NCBI GenBank assembly: GCA_046290225.1
Contig: JBKAGE010000058.1
Span: forward strand, 1 to 61,084
Source of the DNA: Bradymonadia bacterium
Lineage (GTDB): Bacteria; Myxococcota_A; Bradymonadia; UBA7976; UBA1532
Length of the DNA: 61,084 nt
Direction of reading: 5' to 3'
Each line of letters opens with the position of its first letter. Position 1 is the stretch's first letter. Shown here in pieces: positions 39,693-49,679 of this stretch. Below the pieces are notes generated by a model that was not told where the DNA came from, searched no databases, and saw only the letters and a program-made list of their open reading frames with translations. Position numbers and translations under genes: made by a program.

Positions 39693-40597
39693 TGTCGGAG
39701 ACTGAGCGGACTGACACACCGGCTTCGCAGGTGGCCGCGGCGCGCTACACCACGGTGAGCGTGCGGCTGCTCGATCATGCGCTCTTCGTTACGCTGAACC
39801 GCCCCCGGGTGCGCAACGCCATGAGCCTGGCCATGGTGGACGAGCTCATCGGCATCTTTACGGCCCTCAAGGGTGATCGCTCGATCCGGGCGGTGGTGAT
39901 GCGCGGAGCTGAGGGGCACTTCTGCGCCGGCGGCGACATCAAGGACATGGCCATGGCCCGACAGGCCGAGGCTGTGGACGGCGTTGACCCCATCGCTCGG
40001 GTGAACCGCCGCTTCGGCGACCTGCTCGTCGCCGCTCAGGGCCTCGACCAGGTGCTCGTGGTGGCTCTCGAGGGGTCGGTCCTCGGTGGAGGCTTCGGGC
40101 TCGCCTGTGTCTCTGACGTAGCCATCGCCACCGCTGATGCACGCTTTGGGCTGCCCGAGGTCACTCTGGGGCTGCCTCCAGCGCAGATCGCCCTCTTCGT
40201 GGGGCGGCGTATTGGCCTCGCCCAGACTCGACGCCTCGCCCTCACCGGGGCCCGCTTCAATGGCACCGAGGCCGGGCGATTGGGGCTGGTGCACTACGTC
40301 GAGGCTGACGAAAACGACCTTGAATGGCGGCTGAAGGTGGTCCTCGCCGAGATTCGGCGGTGCGCTCCAGAGGCCCTGGCGGTGACCCGGGCCATGCTCA
40401 ACGATCTCGCTGCGGGATCCGATGTGCGCCCCCTCGATCGCCGCCTCGACGAGGCTGCCGATGCCTTCGCCCAGGCTGTGCGCGGTGACGAGGGCATGGC
40501 GGGCACGCTGGCTTTCATCAGCAAGCAACGGCCGCCATGGAACCCCCCCACAGAAGAGCAGCCCGAAGCAGAGCCGTCTGAAGGAGAGCCCACTTGA
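39689..40597 (+). CDS. atuE: Enoyl-CoA hydratase/isomerase (isohexenylglutaconyl-CoA hydratase-like)
   Basis: TLNRPRVRNAM, FCAGGDIK, LGGGFGLACVSD and FGLPEVTLGLPPAQI. Lies between atuD-like and atuF-like genes. Confidence 0.78.
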   Translation: MMSETERTDTPASQVAAARYTTVSVRLLDHALFVTLNRPRVRNAMSLAMVDELIGIFTALKGDRSIRAVVMRGAEGHFCAGGDIKDMAMARQAEAVDGVDPIARVNRRFGDLLVAAQGLDQVLVVALEGSVLGGGFGLACVSDVAIATADARFGLPEVTLGLPPAQIALFVGRRIGLAQTRRLALTGARFNGTEAGRLGLVHYVEADENDLEWRLKVVLAEIRRCAPEALAVTRAMLNDLAAGSDVRPLDRRLDEAADAFAQAVRGDEGMAGTLAFISKQRPPWNPPTEEQPEAEPSEGEPT

Positions 40598-42564
40598 GCC
40601 TGTATCGACCCTTCGAATCGCTGCTCGTGGCCAACCGCGGGGAGATCGCCTGCAGGGTGCTCCGCACGGCGAAGTCCATGGGCCTGCGTACGGTGGCGGT
40701 CTTCAGCGAAGCCGACGCCGACGCACCACACGTGGCCCTCGCTGATCGGGCGGTGTGCATCGGCCCAGCCCCTGTGGGGGCATCATATCTGAACGTCGAG
40801 GCGATACTCGACGCCGCCCGCCGCAGCGGAGCCGAGGCGATTCACCCCGGGTATGGCTTCTTGTCGGAGAACGCCGACTTCGCCGAGGCCTGTGCCGAGG
40901 CGGGGCTGGTCTTCGTGGGGCCACCGGCAGGGGCGATCAGGGCCATGGGGCTCAAGGGGCCCGCCAAGACGCGGATGATCGCCGCGGGTGTCCCCTGTGT
41001 GCCGGGCTATGAAGGGGGTGAGCAAGATCTCGATGCCCTGGCTGAGCACGCCCTCGAGGTGGGCTTCCCGCTCATGATCAAGGCCTCTGCCGGAGGGGGC
41101 GGCCGCGGCATGCGGCGCCTCGAAGGCCCAGAGGACCTTGCTGATGCTCTCAAGAGTGCCCGATCTGAGGCGGAGAACGCTTTCAGTGACGGTGCCTTGA
41201 TTCTGGAGCGTGCCGTGGACGGCGCCCGTCACATCGAGGTGCAGATCTTCGCCGACACCCAGGGGCAGGCGGTACACCTTTTCGAGCGGGATTGCTCCGT
41301 TCAGCGACGCCATCAGAAGGTGGTGGAAGAGGCGCCCTCACCAGCGGTCTCTGAAGACTTGCGGGCCCGCATGGGGGCCGCCGCCGTGGCCGCAGCGGAG
41401 GCCATTGGCTATGTCGGTGCCGGCACCGTGGAGTGCCTGTTGGCGCCAAGCGGTGAGTTCTACTTCCTCGAGATGAACACTCGACTGCAGGTGGAGCACC
41501 CTGTCACCGAGGCCATCACCGGCCTCGACCTCGTGGCCTGGCAACTCGCTGTGGCAGCCGGTGAGCCTCTGCCGCTGAGTCAGGATGAGATTACCCGAAG
41601 CGGTCACGCCATCGAGGTGCGGCTCTACGCAGAAGATCCGGTGAAGTTCACGCCGCAGACGGGGCGGATCACTCGGTGGTGCCCGCCAGTGGGACCTGGT
41701 GTTCGAGTGGACTCAGGCATCATCGAGGGGCAGAGCGTCACACCGCACTATGACCCCATGATCGCCAAGATCATCACCCACGGTGCCACACGCACCGAGG
41801 CGCGCCGGCGCATGTTGAGGGCCCTGGAGGCCACCACCTTGCACGGACTGATCACCAACCAGGGCTTCTTGCATCAAATCATGGCTCATCCGGCCTTTGT
41901 CGCTGGGGAGGCCAACACCGGCTTCATCGGCGAGCACTTGCCTGAAGAGGCGCGCGGCGTGGCCCCCTCTGCTGAAGCCCGGGCCCTCGCCGCGGCGCTG
42001 CTCTCCGGCGCGCGTCCGGAGGTGGATCACTGGCGGAGCGGCGGCCCCTCGCGGAAGCCGGTGAAGCTGCTCGCCGAGGGGGCTGATACGCCCACGCTCT
42101 GCGCTGTGGAGATTGTAGAACCCGCGCCGCTCACCGTGCGGGTCACCGAGGGAGGAGAGGCTACGACGCTGGTGCTTCAGCCCGCTCAGGCGAGCGAACT
42201 GCGTTACGCCGTCGACGGGGTGTATCGAAAAGGGGCCTGCACCCTCGTCGAAGGTGAGCTCAGCCTCACGCTCGACGGTTTCACCACGCGCTGGTCTCTG
42301 GCCCCCGTGGGTGGTCAGGGCGCCTCAGGCAAGGCTGGCAATCACGTCACGGCCCCCATGGCCGGGGCCATCATCGAAGTACGCGCTGAGGTAGGCCAGA
42401 AAGTCACCGCTGGTGACTTGCTGGTGATCCTCGAGGCCATGAAGATGCAGCACGAGCTGCTGGCCCCTGCAGATGGCGTGGTGCAGGAGATCACCGCCAG
42501 GCCCGGCGATCAAGTGAGCCCAAGACAGGTGCTCGTCGTCCTCGAACTCGACTCTTCAGACTGA
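40594..42564 (+). CDS. atuF: Biotin carboxylase / biotin carrier alpha subunit (geranyl-CoA carboxylase alpha)
   Basis: ANRGEIACR, HPGYGFLSEN, ERDCSVQRRHQK, EMNTRLQVEHPVTE and EAMKM. Confidence 0.82.
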   Translation: MSLYRPFESLLVANRGEIACRVLRTAKSMGLRTVAVFSEADADAPHVALADRAVCIGPAPVGASYLNVEAILDAARRSGAEAIHPGYGFLSENADFAEACAEAGLVFVGPPAGAIRAMGLKGPAKTRMIAAGVPCVPGYEGGEQDLDALAEHALEVGFPLMIKASAGGGGRGMRRLEGPEDLADALKSARSEAENAFSDGALILERAVDGARHIEVQIFADTQGQAVHLFERDCSVQRRHQKVVEEAPSPAVSEDLRARMGAAAVAAAEAIGYVGAGTVECLLAPSGEFYFLEMNTRLQVEHPVTEAITGLDLVAWQLAVAAGEPLPLSQDEITRSGHAIEVRLYAEDPVKFTPQTGRITRWCPPVGPGVRVDSGIIEGQSVTPHYDPMIAKIITHGATRTEARRRMLRALEATTLHGLITNQGFLHQIMAHPAFVAGEANTGFIGEHLPEEARGVAPSAEARALAAALLSGARPEVDHWRSGGPSRKPVKLLAEGADTPTLCAVEIVEPAPLTVRVTEGGEATTLVLQPAQASELRYAVDGVYRKGACTLVEGELSLTLDGFTTRWSLAPVGGQGASGKAGNHVTAPMAGAIIEVRAEVGQKVTAGDLLVILEAMKMQHELLAPADGVVQEITARPGDQVSPRQVLVVLELDSSD

Positions 42565-42602
42565 CAGGCATGCCATGAGAGGCATGTCGTGAGAGGCATC
42601 GT

Positions 42603-43463
42603 ATGAAAGCGGTCATCACTTGCGCCCTCACCGGGGTGCTCACCAACCCCGCCCAGCACCCCGTACCGGTGACGCCGGAGCAGCTCGCCGCCTCGGCCCG
42701 TGAGGCATGGAACGCCGGCGCCAGCATCATGCACGTACACTTCCGGCATCAAGAGCCGGGCATGGGTCATCTGCCCACGTGGGATCCCGACGTGGCTGCT
42801 GCCTGCATCGATGCCATCCGCGAGGCGTGCCCTGGGGTGATCATCAACCAGTCCACTGGGGTGGTGGGCCCCGACATCTCGGGCCCTGCTGCGGTCATGC
42901 GCCGCATCAAGCCGGAGATCGCTGCTTGCAACGCCGGTAGCCTGAACTACCTCAAGACCCGCCGCAGCGGCGATTGGGCCTGGCCGCCCATGGTCTTCGA
43001 CAACCCCGTGGACAAGGTGAAGGCGTTCCTCGAGATCATGTCGGAGACCGGCGCCACTCCGGAGTTCGAGTGCTTCGACGTGGGCATCGTGCGTTCGATC
43101 AACCTCTTCGCTCACAACGGCATGACCGAGCGCCCCGACGTGAACTTCGTGATGGGGGTGGCCTCGGGGATGCCCTCTGATCCCGAGCTGCTGCCGCTGC
43201 TGGTGAAGTACCTCGAGGTGCCGGCGACGTGGCAGGTCACCGCCATCGGGCGTCAGGAGATCTGGCCACTGCACCGCAAGGCCGCGGAGCTGGGTGGCCA
43301 TCTGCGCACAGGTGTGGAAGATACGTTCTACCTGCCCAGCGGAGAGAAGACCTCGGGGAACGGGGCCCTCATCGAGGCGCTGGCCAACGTGGCCCGCGAG
43401 GCAGGCCGCGAGGTGGCTTCGGCAGAGGAAGCCCGCGAGATTCTACATTTAGGTGCTCACTGA
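42603..43463 (+). CDS. Beta-keto acid cleavage enzyme (BKACE / DUF849 / Kce family)
   Basis: ITCALTG, PVTPEQ, AGASIMHVHFR, PEFECFD and GGHLRTGVED. Confidence 0.9.
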   Translation: MKAVITCALTGVLTNPAQHPVPVTPEQLAASAREAWNAGASIMHVHFRHQEPGMGHLPTWDPDVAAACIDAIREACPGVIINQSTGVVGPDISGPAAVMRRIKPEIAACNAGSLNYLKTRRSGDWAWPPMVFDNPVDKVKAFLEIMSETGATPEFECFDVGIVRSINLFAHNGMTERPDVNFVMGVASGMPSDPELLPLLVKYLEVPATWQVTAIGRQEIWPLHRKAAELGGHLRTGVEDTFYLPSGEKTSGNGALIEALANVAREAGREVASAEEAREILHLGAH

Positions 43464-43574
43464 GTCGGAACACCCGACACAAATTCTTCTCCACGAATAA
43501 AAGTGGCTCAATATTTCCGCGTAGTCTCCGTCAACGCCCCACCGGGAGACACACCACATGGAGAGGGAATCCAT

Positions 43575-45359
43575 ATGAGAATGCGAAACACGGCTCGCCT
43601 CGTCGCTTTCACTGCGCTCATCGGGGGTGCGCCCCTTGTCGCCTGTGACAGCGGCGGAGGCAGCAGCAAGAGCGGCCCTGCAGAGCTCGAGACCAGCACC
43701 ATGATTCGAGGCCGGGTTGCCGATCTCGACGGCAACCCCCTCGAAGGGGTCACTGTCACCCTCGGGGGGCAGAGCGTCACCACGGGCGCATCGGGGCGGT
43801 ATGCCCTCGAGACCGCCGCCAGCGAGCGCGTGGCCGTGCAGTTCACCCACACCGGCTATATGCCAAACACGCGCCAGACCCGCATCGTCGATGGCCACCC
43901 CACGGTGATGGACACGACGCTGCGACCTCTCGCTGAGCCGGTCTTGCTCGACGCCACCATGGGGGGGGCGGCCATGGGCATGCGGGGAGCCGGCATCGTG
44001 GCCCCGGCAGGGGCCTTCGTCGACGCCAGCGGTGCCCCCGTCCAGGGCATGATCAACGTCAGGCTCACCGCCATCGATCCCACCATCGAGGCCGAGCTGG
44101 AGAGTGCGCCGGGGGATTTGAGCGGCACTGACGCTGAGGGCGAAGGGGTGCTCCTCGAGTCGTTCGGTATGCTCAATGTCACCCTCGACCAGAATGACCA
44201 AGCGGTGCAGGTGGCTGAGGGGATGCAGGTGGAGATCAGGATTCCTGCCCCTGAGGGCATGGAGAACCCCCCCGCGGAGATGCCTCTCTGGCACTTCAAC
44301 GAAGAGAACGGCCAGTGGGAAGAGGAAGGCTCCATCGCCTATGACGAGGCCGCTGGCGCCTATGTGGGCCAGGTGGGCCACTTCTCTACCTGGAACGCTG
44401 ATCGTCCTGCAGAGGCCACCTGCATCACCGGCCTCGCCGTCGACGAGTTCGAGCGCCCCCTCGCCGGAGGTCGTGTCTCCGCTCGGGGGGTGGATTACAG
44501 CGGGATGTCCAACGCCACCACCCTCGAAGATGGTCGCTTCTACATCGCCGTGCGCAAATCGTCAGATGTCTCCGTGCTCGTGAGCCACCGCGAAGGCGGC
44601 GGTGAGGCCCGGGTGGTCACCTCCGGCGTCGAAGACACCACCGTGCCGCCCACCCCTGGCGACGAGCGCTGCCTCGACGTGGGGGTCTGGACCGTGGAGC
44701 GTGACGTGTATCGTGGCCCCGATGGGGTCTCCGTGGCCTGCAACGACAGCGGCAACCCCCTGACAGGCACCTGCGTCGAGCCGTTCTTCAATGAGTTCAG
44801 CCAGTGCTACCAGCCCGCAGGTGAGTGCGTGGTCTCCAGCGGGGGCACGATTCGGTACAGCAACGGCGCCCGCGTCGAGACCAGCTTCGAACAGTCCGGA
44901 GGCATGTTCACCGGCTACGAGGCACGGTACTACGGCCCAGGTGGCCGCCTGTGTGCCACAGGGGCCAGCGAGGGGGAGCTCGAGGGGGATGACTTCACCT
45001 TCAACATCTCTCTGAACAGCAATGGCCAGACCTACAGGGTGAACACCCGAGACGACGGCGACACCACCATCATCACTTGCCCGAACGGGGACTCAGTCAC
45101 CCTCACCAGCGCTGATCAGGAGCGCCTGGAGGCCTGCACGGGTGGCAATGAGCAGGAAGACAGCTGCACCTTCGAGGACAGCCCTGGCGGCAACCCTGGT
45201 GGCAACCCGGGAGGAAACCCTGGTGGCGTTCCGGGTGGCTGCAGCAACAACAGCGAGTGTGGTGGGGGCGAGGTGTGCTGCACCTTCTCCGAGAGCGGCA
45301 CCACCGTCGGGATCTGCTTTGATGCTCAGGTGTGCGCGCAGATTCAGTCTCAGCAATGA
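43575..45359 (+). CDS. Lipoprotein with carboxypeptidase-regulatory-like beta-sandwich domains and Cys-rich C-terminus
   Basis: Lipobox LVAC, GRVADLDGNPLEGVTV, LWHFNEENGQWEEEG, HFSTWNAD and (PGGN)n linker near 45183-45239. Confidence 0.75.
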   Translation: MRMRNTARLVAFTALIGGAPLVACDSGGGSSKSGPAELETSTMIRGRVADLDGNPLEGVTVTLGGQSVTTGASGRYALETAASERVAVQFTHTGYMPNTRQTRIVDGHPTVMDTTLRPLAEPVLLDATMGGAAMGMRGAGIVAPAGAFVDASGAPVQGMINVRLTAIDPTIEAELESAPGDLSGTDAEGEGVLLESFGMLNVTLDQNDQAVQVAEGMQVEIRIPAPEGMENPPAEMPLWHFNEENGQWEEEGSIAYDEAAGAYVGQVGHFSTWNADRPAEATCITGLAVDEFERPLAGGRVSARGVDYSGMSNATTLEDGRFYIAVRKSSDVSVLVSHREGGGEARVVTSGVEDTTVPPTPGDERCLDVGVWTVERDVYRGPDGVSVACNDSGNPLTGTCVEPFFNEFSQCYQPAGECVVSSGGTIRYSNGARVETSFEQSGGMFTGYEARYYGPGGRLCATGASEGELEGDDFTFNISLNSNGQTYRVNTRDDGDTTIITCPNGDSVTLTSADQERLEACTGGNEQEDSCTFEDSPGGNPGGNPGGNPGGVPGGCSNNSECGGGEVCCTFSESGTTVGICFDAQVCAQIQSQQ

Positions 45360-45374
45360 GCCAGAGCCCTCGGC

Positions 45375-46250
45375 TCACCTTTTGGTGAGCTTCACCCAGA
45401 GGTAGCCCGTGAGCAGCTCTTTGAGGAGGGGCAGCTTCACCACCGGGGGCACCCTCTTCAGGGGCCCGAGGGGGATCAGGGTCATCTTGTAGTTAAAGGG
45501 GCTGCTCTCGAAGTGACGCTCGAAGTCCTTGATGAGCAGCTTGTTCACATACACATCGGGGATGTAGTCGATGTTGTGACGGCTCATGTCCTTCTCGCCG
45601 TTCTCGTCGAGCTCGAAGGGCAAGGGGTCGGTGTACACATCCGACAGGTAAATGCGCCGACAGGCCCGCATGAAGGTCTTCTCCGAGAAGACCACGTGGG
45701 CCCAGGGCACCGGCATCAAGTGCCAGTAGTGGGGCGCGAAGGGGTGGTACCAGCCCCAGGTGCCGATGAGGATCTCACCCCCTGGCCGCAAGATGCGGTG
45801 ACACTCTTCGAGGATGGCGGGCACATTGGAGACGTGCTCGAAGACGTCGAAGCTGTTGATGACGTCGACGCTGGCGTCAGGCAGGGGGATGCCATCCTGA
45901 CCACTGAGCACGAAGCGGACGTGTTCACCGCCGAAGCGCGCGTTGGCGGCATCGACCTCGTGGGGCTTGATGTCGACACCGACGACGCTGCGGGCTCCGC
46001 CTGTGGCATGGAGCCCATAGGCGATCGCGCCAGGGCCCGAGCCCAGGTCGAGCACATCTTTGCCTGCGAAGATGATCCCCTCGCGCTCAGCGGCGGCGAG
46101 GATGCGCTCGAGTTCTTGAGTGCGATAGTCATTGTAGGTGTCTGCTGAGGAGAGCTTCTCGCTGAACTCCTCGGAGACGCTGCCTTTACGCTTCATCATC
46201 TGCCGCGCAATCAAGAACAGCAGGTTTTCAGATATCCGCACTCTGGTCAC
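45375..46250 (-). CDS. Class I SAM-dependent methyltransferase
   Basis: VLDLGSGPG, VGVDI, IPLPDASVDVI, FEHV and RILRPGG. Confidence 0.9.
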   Translation of the reverse strand: MTRVRISENLLFLIARQMMKRKGSVSEEFSEKLSSADTYNDYRTQELERILAAAEREGIIFAGKDVLDLGSGPGAIAYGLHATGGARSVVGVDIKPHEVDAANARFGGEHVRFVLSGQDGIPLPDASVDVINSFDVFEHVSNVPAILEECHRILRPGGEILIGTWGWYHPFAPHYWHLMPVPWAHVVFSEKTFMRACRRIYLSDVYTDPLPFELDENGEKDMSRHNIDYIPDVYVNKLLIKDFERHFESSPFNYKMTLIPLGPLKRVPPVVKLPLLKELLTGYLWVKLTKR

Positions 46251-46336
46251 TCCTCCCCGGTGCGCAGAAGTCAGATATCATCTGATTCGTCGGCAGACTT
46301 CAATGATTCATTCTGTGTCGTGGCTGAAGGGTGGCG

Positions 46337-47248
46337 TCACGCCCCGCGCTGAAACCATTGCCACGAGCGTGAGGCCCAGAACCCCAGATCTCGCGCCCAG
46401 CGCACAGTGTCCTCATCTTGAGCGGGCAGAGTGAGAAGGGCACCCCGGCCCTCACGGGCTGCGAGTCGCATCATGGCGAGGACCAGGCTGCGGCCGATGC
46501 CCCGGCTGCGGAAGGCCGGATCGACGGCGAGGGCGTCGATGCACAGCTGAGGATCTGGATGTTGCCGTCGGTGTGCGGCGACGAGGCCCACTTCGCGGTT
46601 GTCGAGGCGGGCGGAGAGGATCACACCATCAGGCCCGCCGATGGCGCGTGGGAGTGCGGGGTAAAGAGGCGGCCAGACCTTGGCGCCGAAGAGACGTACG
46701 AGATCTGCGCACAGGCCTGCGTACCGTTTGATGGGTGAGATCTCCGCGGTGCGGAACCCCGAGGGCACCTCTTCGAGATCACCGTCCCAGCGCATGTGGA
46801 ACGTGGCGCCGTCGGGCGAAAACCCACGACGCATCAAGAACCGGCTCACCCTGGGGTGACCTGCGTCGCAGCCGGCGAAGCACGGAGCGTCGGTCTCGGC
46901 GGTGAGATGATCGAGCAGGGCAGATCCCACCCCCATACGGCGTCGTCCTGGGGGCACCCTCACCTCGAGCAAGGTGCCGCCACCGCGGCTCACCCGCCAG
47001 CCTACGCCGAGCACATCACCCATGGGCCCACCGGCCCGGATCTGCTCCTCTGGCGTGCTCGCCAGCGCCACGCGTCCTTCACCCTGCTCGAGCCACGTGG
47101 GATCAGTCGGAGGGACGAGTGGATCACGGGCCTCTACGACGGCCAGACAGGCTTGGAGCTGGGCCTGGGGAGCGGCTTTGAGTGGTACGATGTGCACGCC
47201 CTCACGGTAGGGGGCCATTGCCCCTGACAAAAGGGCAACTCTGTGCAC
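46337..47248 (-). CDS. Tandem GNAT acetyltransferase
   Basis: Two acetyl-CoA motifs, VPPGRRRMGVG and VDPAFRSRGIG. Confidence 0.75.
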   Translation of the reverse strand: MHRVALLSGAMAPYREGVHIVPLKAAPQAQLQACLAVVEARDPLVPPTDPTWLEQGEGRVALASTPEEQIRAGGPMGDVLGVGWRVSRGGGTLLEVRVPPGRRRMGVGSALLDHLTAETDAPCFAGCDAGHPRVSRFLMRRGFSPDGATFHMRWDGDLEEVPSGFRTAEISPIKRYAGLCADLVRLFGAKVWPPLYPALPRAIGGPDGVILSARLDNREVGLVAAHRRQHPDPQLCIDALAVDPAFRSRGIGRSLVLAMMRLAAREGRGALLTLPAQDEDTVRWARDLGFWASRSWQWFQRGA

Positions 47249-47275
47249 CGCGGTGTGCAGACCCGACCCCGGCCC

Positions 47276-48208
47276 TCAGAGCCCGTCACACACACCCTCT
47301 TCCGGGGTGATGGCGGTGAGCGTGTCGCCGTCGATGAGGGCCTGCTCTGCGGTGATCAGTTCATCGCAGGTGATGTCGCCATCGCCGTCGAGATCGAGGT
47401 CGAGGGATCCTTGCCCGCCATCCACTCGGAGCAGGGTGAAGGGGTAGGGGTTGGGTCCGATGGTCTGTACGTTCTCGCTCTCGCAGAGGCGATTCGTGGC
47501 GGCGAGTACGTTCTGCTCCACGACCGACCAGAAAGTGCCCTCGATTCGAATGGGGCTCACCGAGGCGCCGCTCAGACGCTGGCGGGTCCGCTGCACAATG
47601 TAGATCTCACAGAGATCGTTGCCCACCACCACCGTCACCCCAGGTTGTCCGTCGCCGTCTTGATCCTGCACACGGGGATCATCGGCAGAGTCGGGGAGCA
47701 CCTCGTCGAAGGTGGTCTCCGCAGGCAGGCCCCAGATGTCCATCAACTCTGTGGTCGTATACGCGCTGGGCCCCTCGTCCGGATCGAGGCGCAGGATGGC
47801 GTCGAGCGTCTGCACCGGCCGGCTCGCGGGGATCGCTGGAGGAATGGTGGTGCGCAGGCCGCCCACAGCAGGGCTGACATCTTGCTTGCACATCTGCAGA
47901 CGCTGCCGCAGCAGCCGCTCGTCGGGTTGTCCACCGATGCCGAGGGTACTGATCTCCACGCGGTAGGTGGTGGAGATGATCTGTTCGACTGAGTTGTTCA
48001 GCGCGCTCAGGCACGAGCGATCGTGCATGTAGAGCAACCACACCCCATCGGGTGCGGTGAGGGCCTCCCCCGTGGCGACGCCGCCGTCCTGGGTCAGGAC
48101 CAGCGCATCTGTCGCAGGCACAGCGTCTCGATCTGGATAGAGGCCGGTCACCTCTGAAGGTTCACAACCCAACACAATCAGGGTCAGCCACGTGACACGC
48201 CAACCCAT
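47276..48208 (-). CDS. Hypothetical lipoprotein
   Basis: Lipobox VLGC and DQDGDGQPGVT / DLDGDGDITC motifs. Starts 3 nt after the FadL-like stop. Confidence 0.7.
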   Translation of the reverse strand: MGWRVTWLTLIVLGCEPSEVTGLYPDRDAVPATDALVLTQDGGVATGEALTAPDGVWLLYMHDRSCLSALNNSVEQIISTTYRVEISTLGIGGQPDERLLRQRLQMCKQDVSPAVGGLRTTIPPAIPASRPVQTLDAILRLDPDEGPSAYTTTELMDIWGLPAETTFDEVLPDSADDPRVQDQDGDGQPGVTVVVGNDLCEIYIVQRTRQRLSGASVSPIRIEGTFWSVVEQNVLAATNRLCESENVQTIGPNPYPFTLLRVDGGQGSLDLDLDGDGDITCDELITAEQALIDGDTLTAITPEEGVCDGL

Positions 48209-48210
48209 GA

Positions 48211-49590
48211 TCAAAACCTCCACCGGGCATCGGCGCCCACGGCCACCATGTACCCACCACTGCTGAACCCGGGCCAGCCGGGGTTGCCGGTCTGCAGCCC
48301 TTGCGTATCCGCAGCGCGGCGCAACGCCGTGTCTTCCGTCTGGTCCGGGACTTCGTCGCATATCACCCCCACGCCAGGGGCGCAGACAGGTGCATCGCCG
48401 AGGGCTTTCTGCGTCTCCCGTGGCCGCAACAGGTGGACCTGCACCCCCACGTCGATCTCGAGCAGCCGCTCGAAGAGGGTGAGCTCTCGGCCCACACCCA
48501 CCGCGAGCACGAGCCGGTCGTTGTCCACGTAGTGAGTGCGCCCGGTCTGGTCGGGTACAGGTGAGCTGTACCAGCCCAGGCCTCCGCGAATGCGTGTGTC
48601 CTCGTCGGTGAGCAGCTCGAGGCCCACCTTTACGTCTACCGTGTCATCGAAGCCCGCGTCTTCGCCTTGTTGGTTTTTGAAGCGACTCCAGCCACTGTAG
48701 ATGCCGTCGATGTTCAGCGTGAGATCGTCAAGGCGGGCGGCGACGGAGAGGGTGCCCTGGGTGGGGGTGCTGTGTACCCTCAGATCGATGGGCTGGCGCA
48801 CAACCTCGCCGGTTTCCGGCAGCTCGATGTCGTTGTAGCCGCTCAGCTCGAAGAAGACCTCGTCTCGGAAGCTGAGCCCCACGTCGAGCCACTCATATGG
48901 GGAGACCAGGATCCCGGCGAGCAGCCCGTAGGCGGCGCTCTGTTCGACCTTGAGGTTCAAGTCGACGTCTGCTGGATCGACGGCGTTGCGGGTGTAGACG
49001 TCACCGATGAGGGTGCTCCGGGGCAGAACGTTCACCCCGACGCCGAAGGTGAACCACGGCGTCATGCGATACGACACCGCGCCGGCGATGACCTCTGAGC
49101 GCAACCGCTCGCCGGTGAGGGTCCATTCGAGCCGGTTGGAGAAGTTCTGCGCCCGCTCGTCGGGATACTCGGTCTGCAAGTGGCCAAAGCCGCTGAAGGG
49201 GGCCATCAGGTTGAGGCCGAGGTGCAGCTTGTCGTTGAGCAGCTGCATGCTCAGGCCCAGAAGGACGCCGCCGTAGGTTTGGGCGTCTTCGGTGTTGCTC
49301 CGCGGGTTGATGCGATCGGCATACCCGGGTGGCTCGTATCCCGTGGGTCGATCAGCGAGCAGAATCCGCCCGCGGTGGAACCCGGTGAGTACACCCACCG
49401 AGAACGCATCTCCACTGCGATCGAGGGCGGCGGGGTTGTACCAGACCGCAGAGGGATCCCGCACGCTGGCGGCGCCAGAGCCTGCGAGGCTGAGCCCCCT
49501 TGCGTTGGCGCCGAAGGTGTCGAAGAGGTTGGCCCGGGACGACATGGGCCAGGAGAGCGATAACACCAGGAGTGAGACGATGCGCATCAT
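48211..49590 (-). CDS. FadL/OmpP1-like outer-membrane transporter
   Basis: Signal peptide, FGANARGLSLAG...DPSAVWYNPAAL hatch motif, amphipathic strands and C-terminal WRF. Confidence 0.82.
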   Translation of the reverse strand: MMRIVSLLVLSLSWPMSSRANLFDTFGANARGLSLAGSGAASVRDPSAVWYNPAALDRSGDAFSVGVLTGFHRGRILLADRPTGYEPPGYADRINPRSNTEDAQTYGGVLLGLSMQLLNDKLHLGLNLMAPFSGFGHLQTEYPDERAQNFSNRLEWTLTGERLRSEVIAGAVSYRMTPWFTFGVGVNVLPRSTLIGDVYTRNAVDPADVDLNLKVEQSAAYGLLAGILVSPYEWLDVGLSFRDEVFFELSGYNDIELPETGEVVRQPIDLRVHSTPTQGTLSVAARLDDLTLNIDGIYSGWSRFKNQQGEDAGFDDTVDVKVGLELLTDEDTRIRGGLGWYSSPVPDQTGRTHYVDNDRLVLAVGVGRELTLFERLLEIDVGVQVHLLRPRETQKALGDAPVCAPGVGVICDEVPDQTEDTALRRAADTQGLQTGNPGWPGFSSGGYMVAVGADARWRF

Positions 49591-49679
49591 GGGTTCGGTC
49601 TAGTCCTTCGAATAGACCAGATCAAGAGCGGGGCTGATGCCCAGCTCGAGTCGGCGGGCATCGTGAAGTGCTCAGTGCA

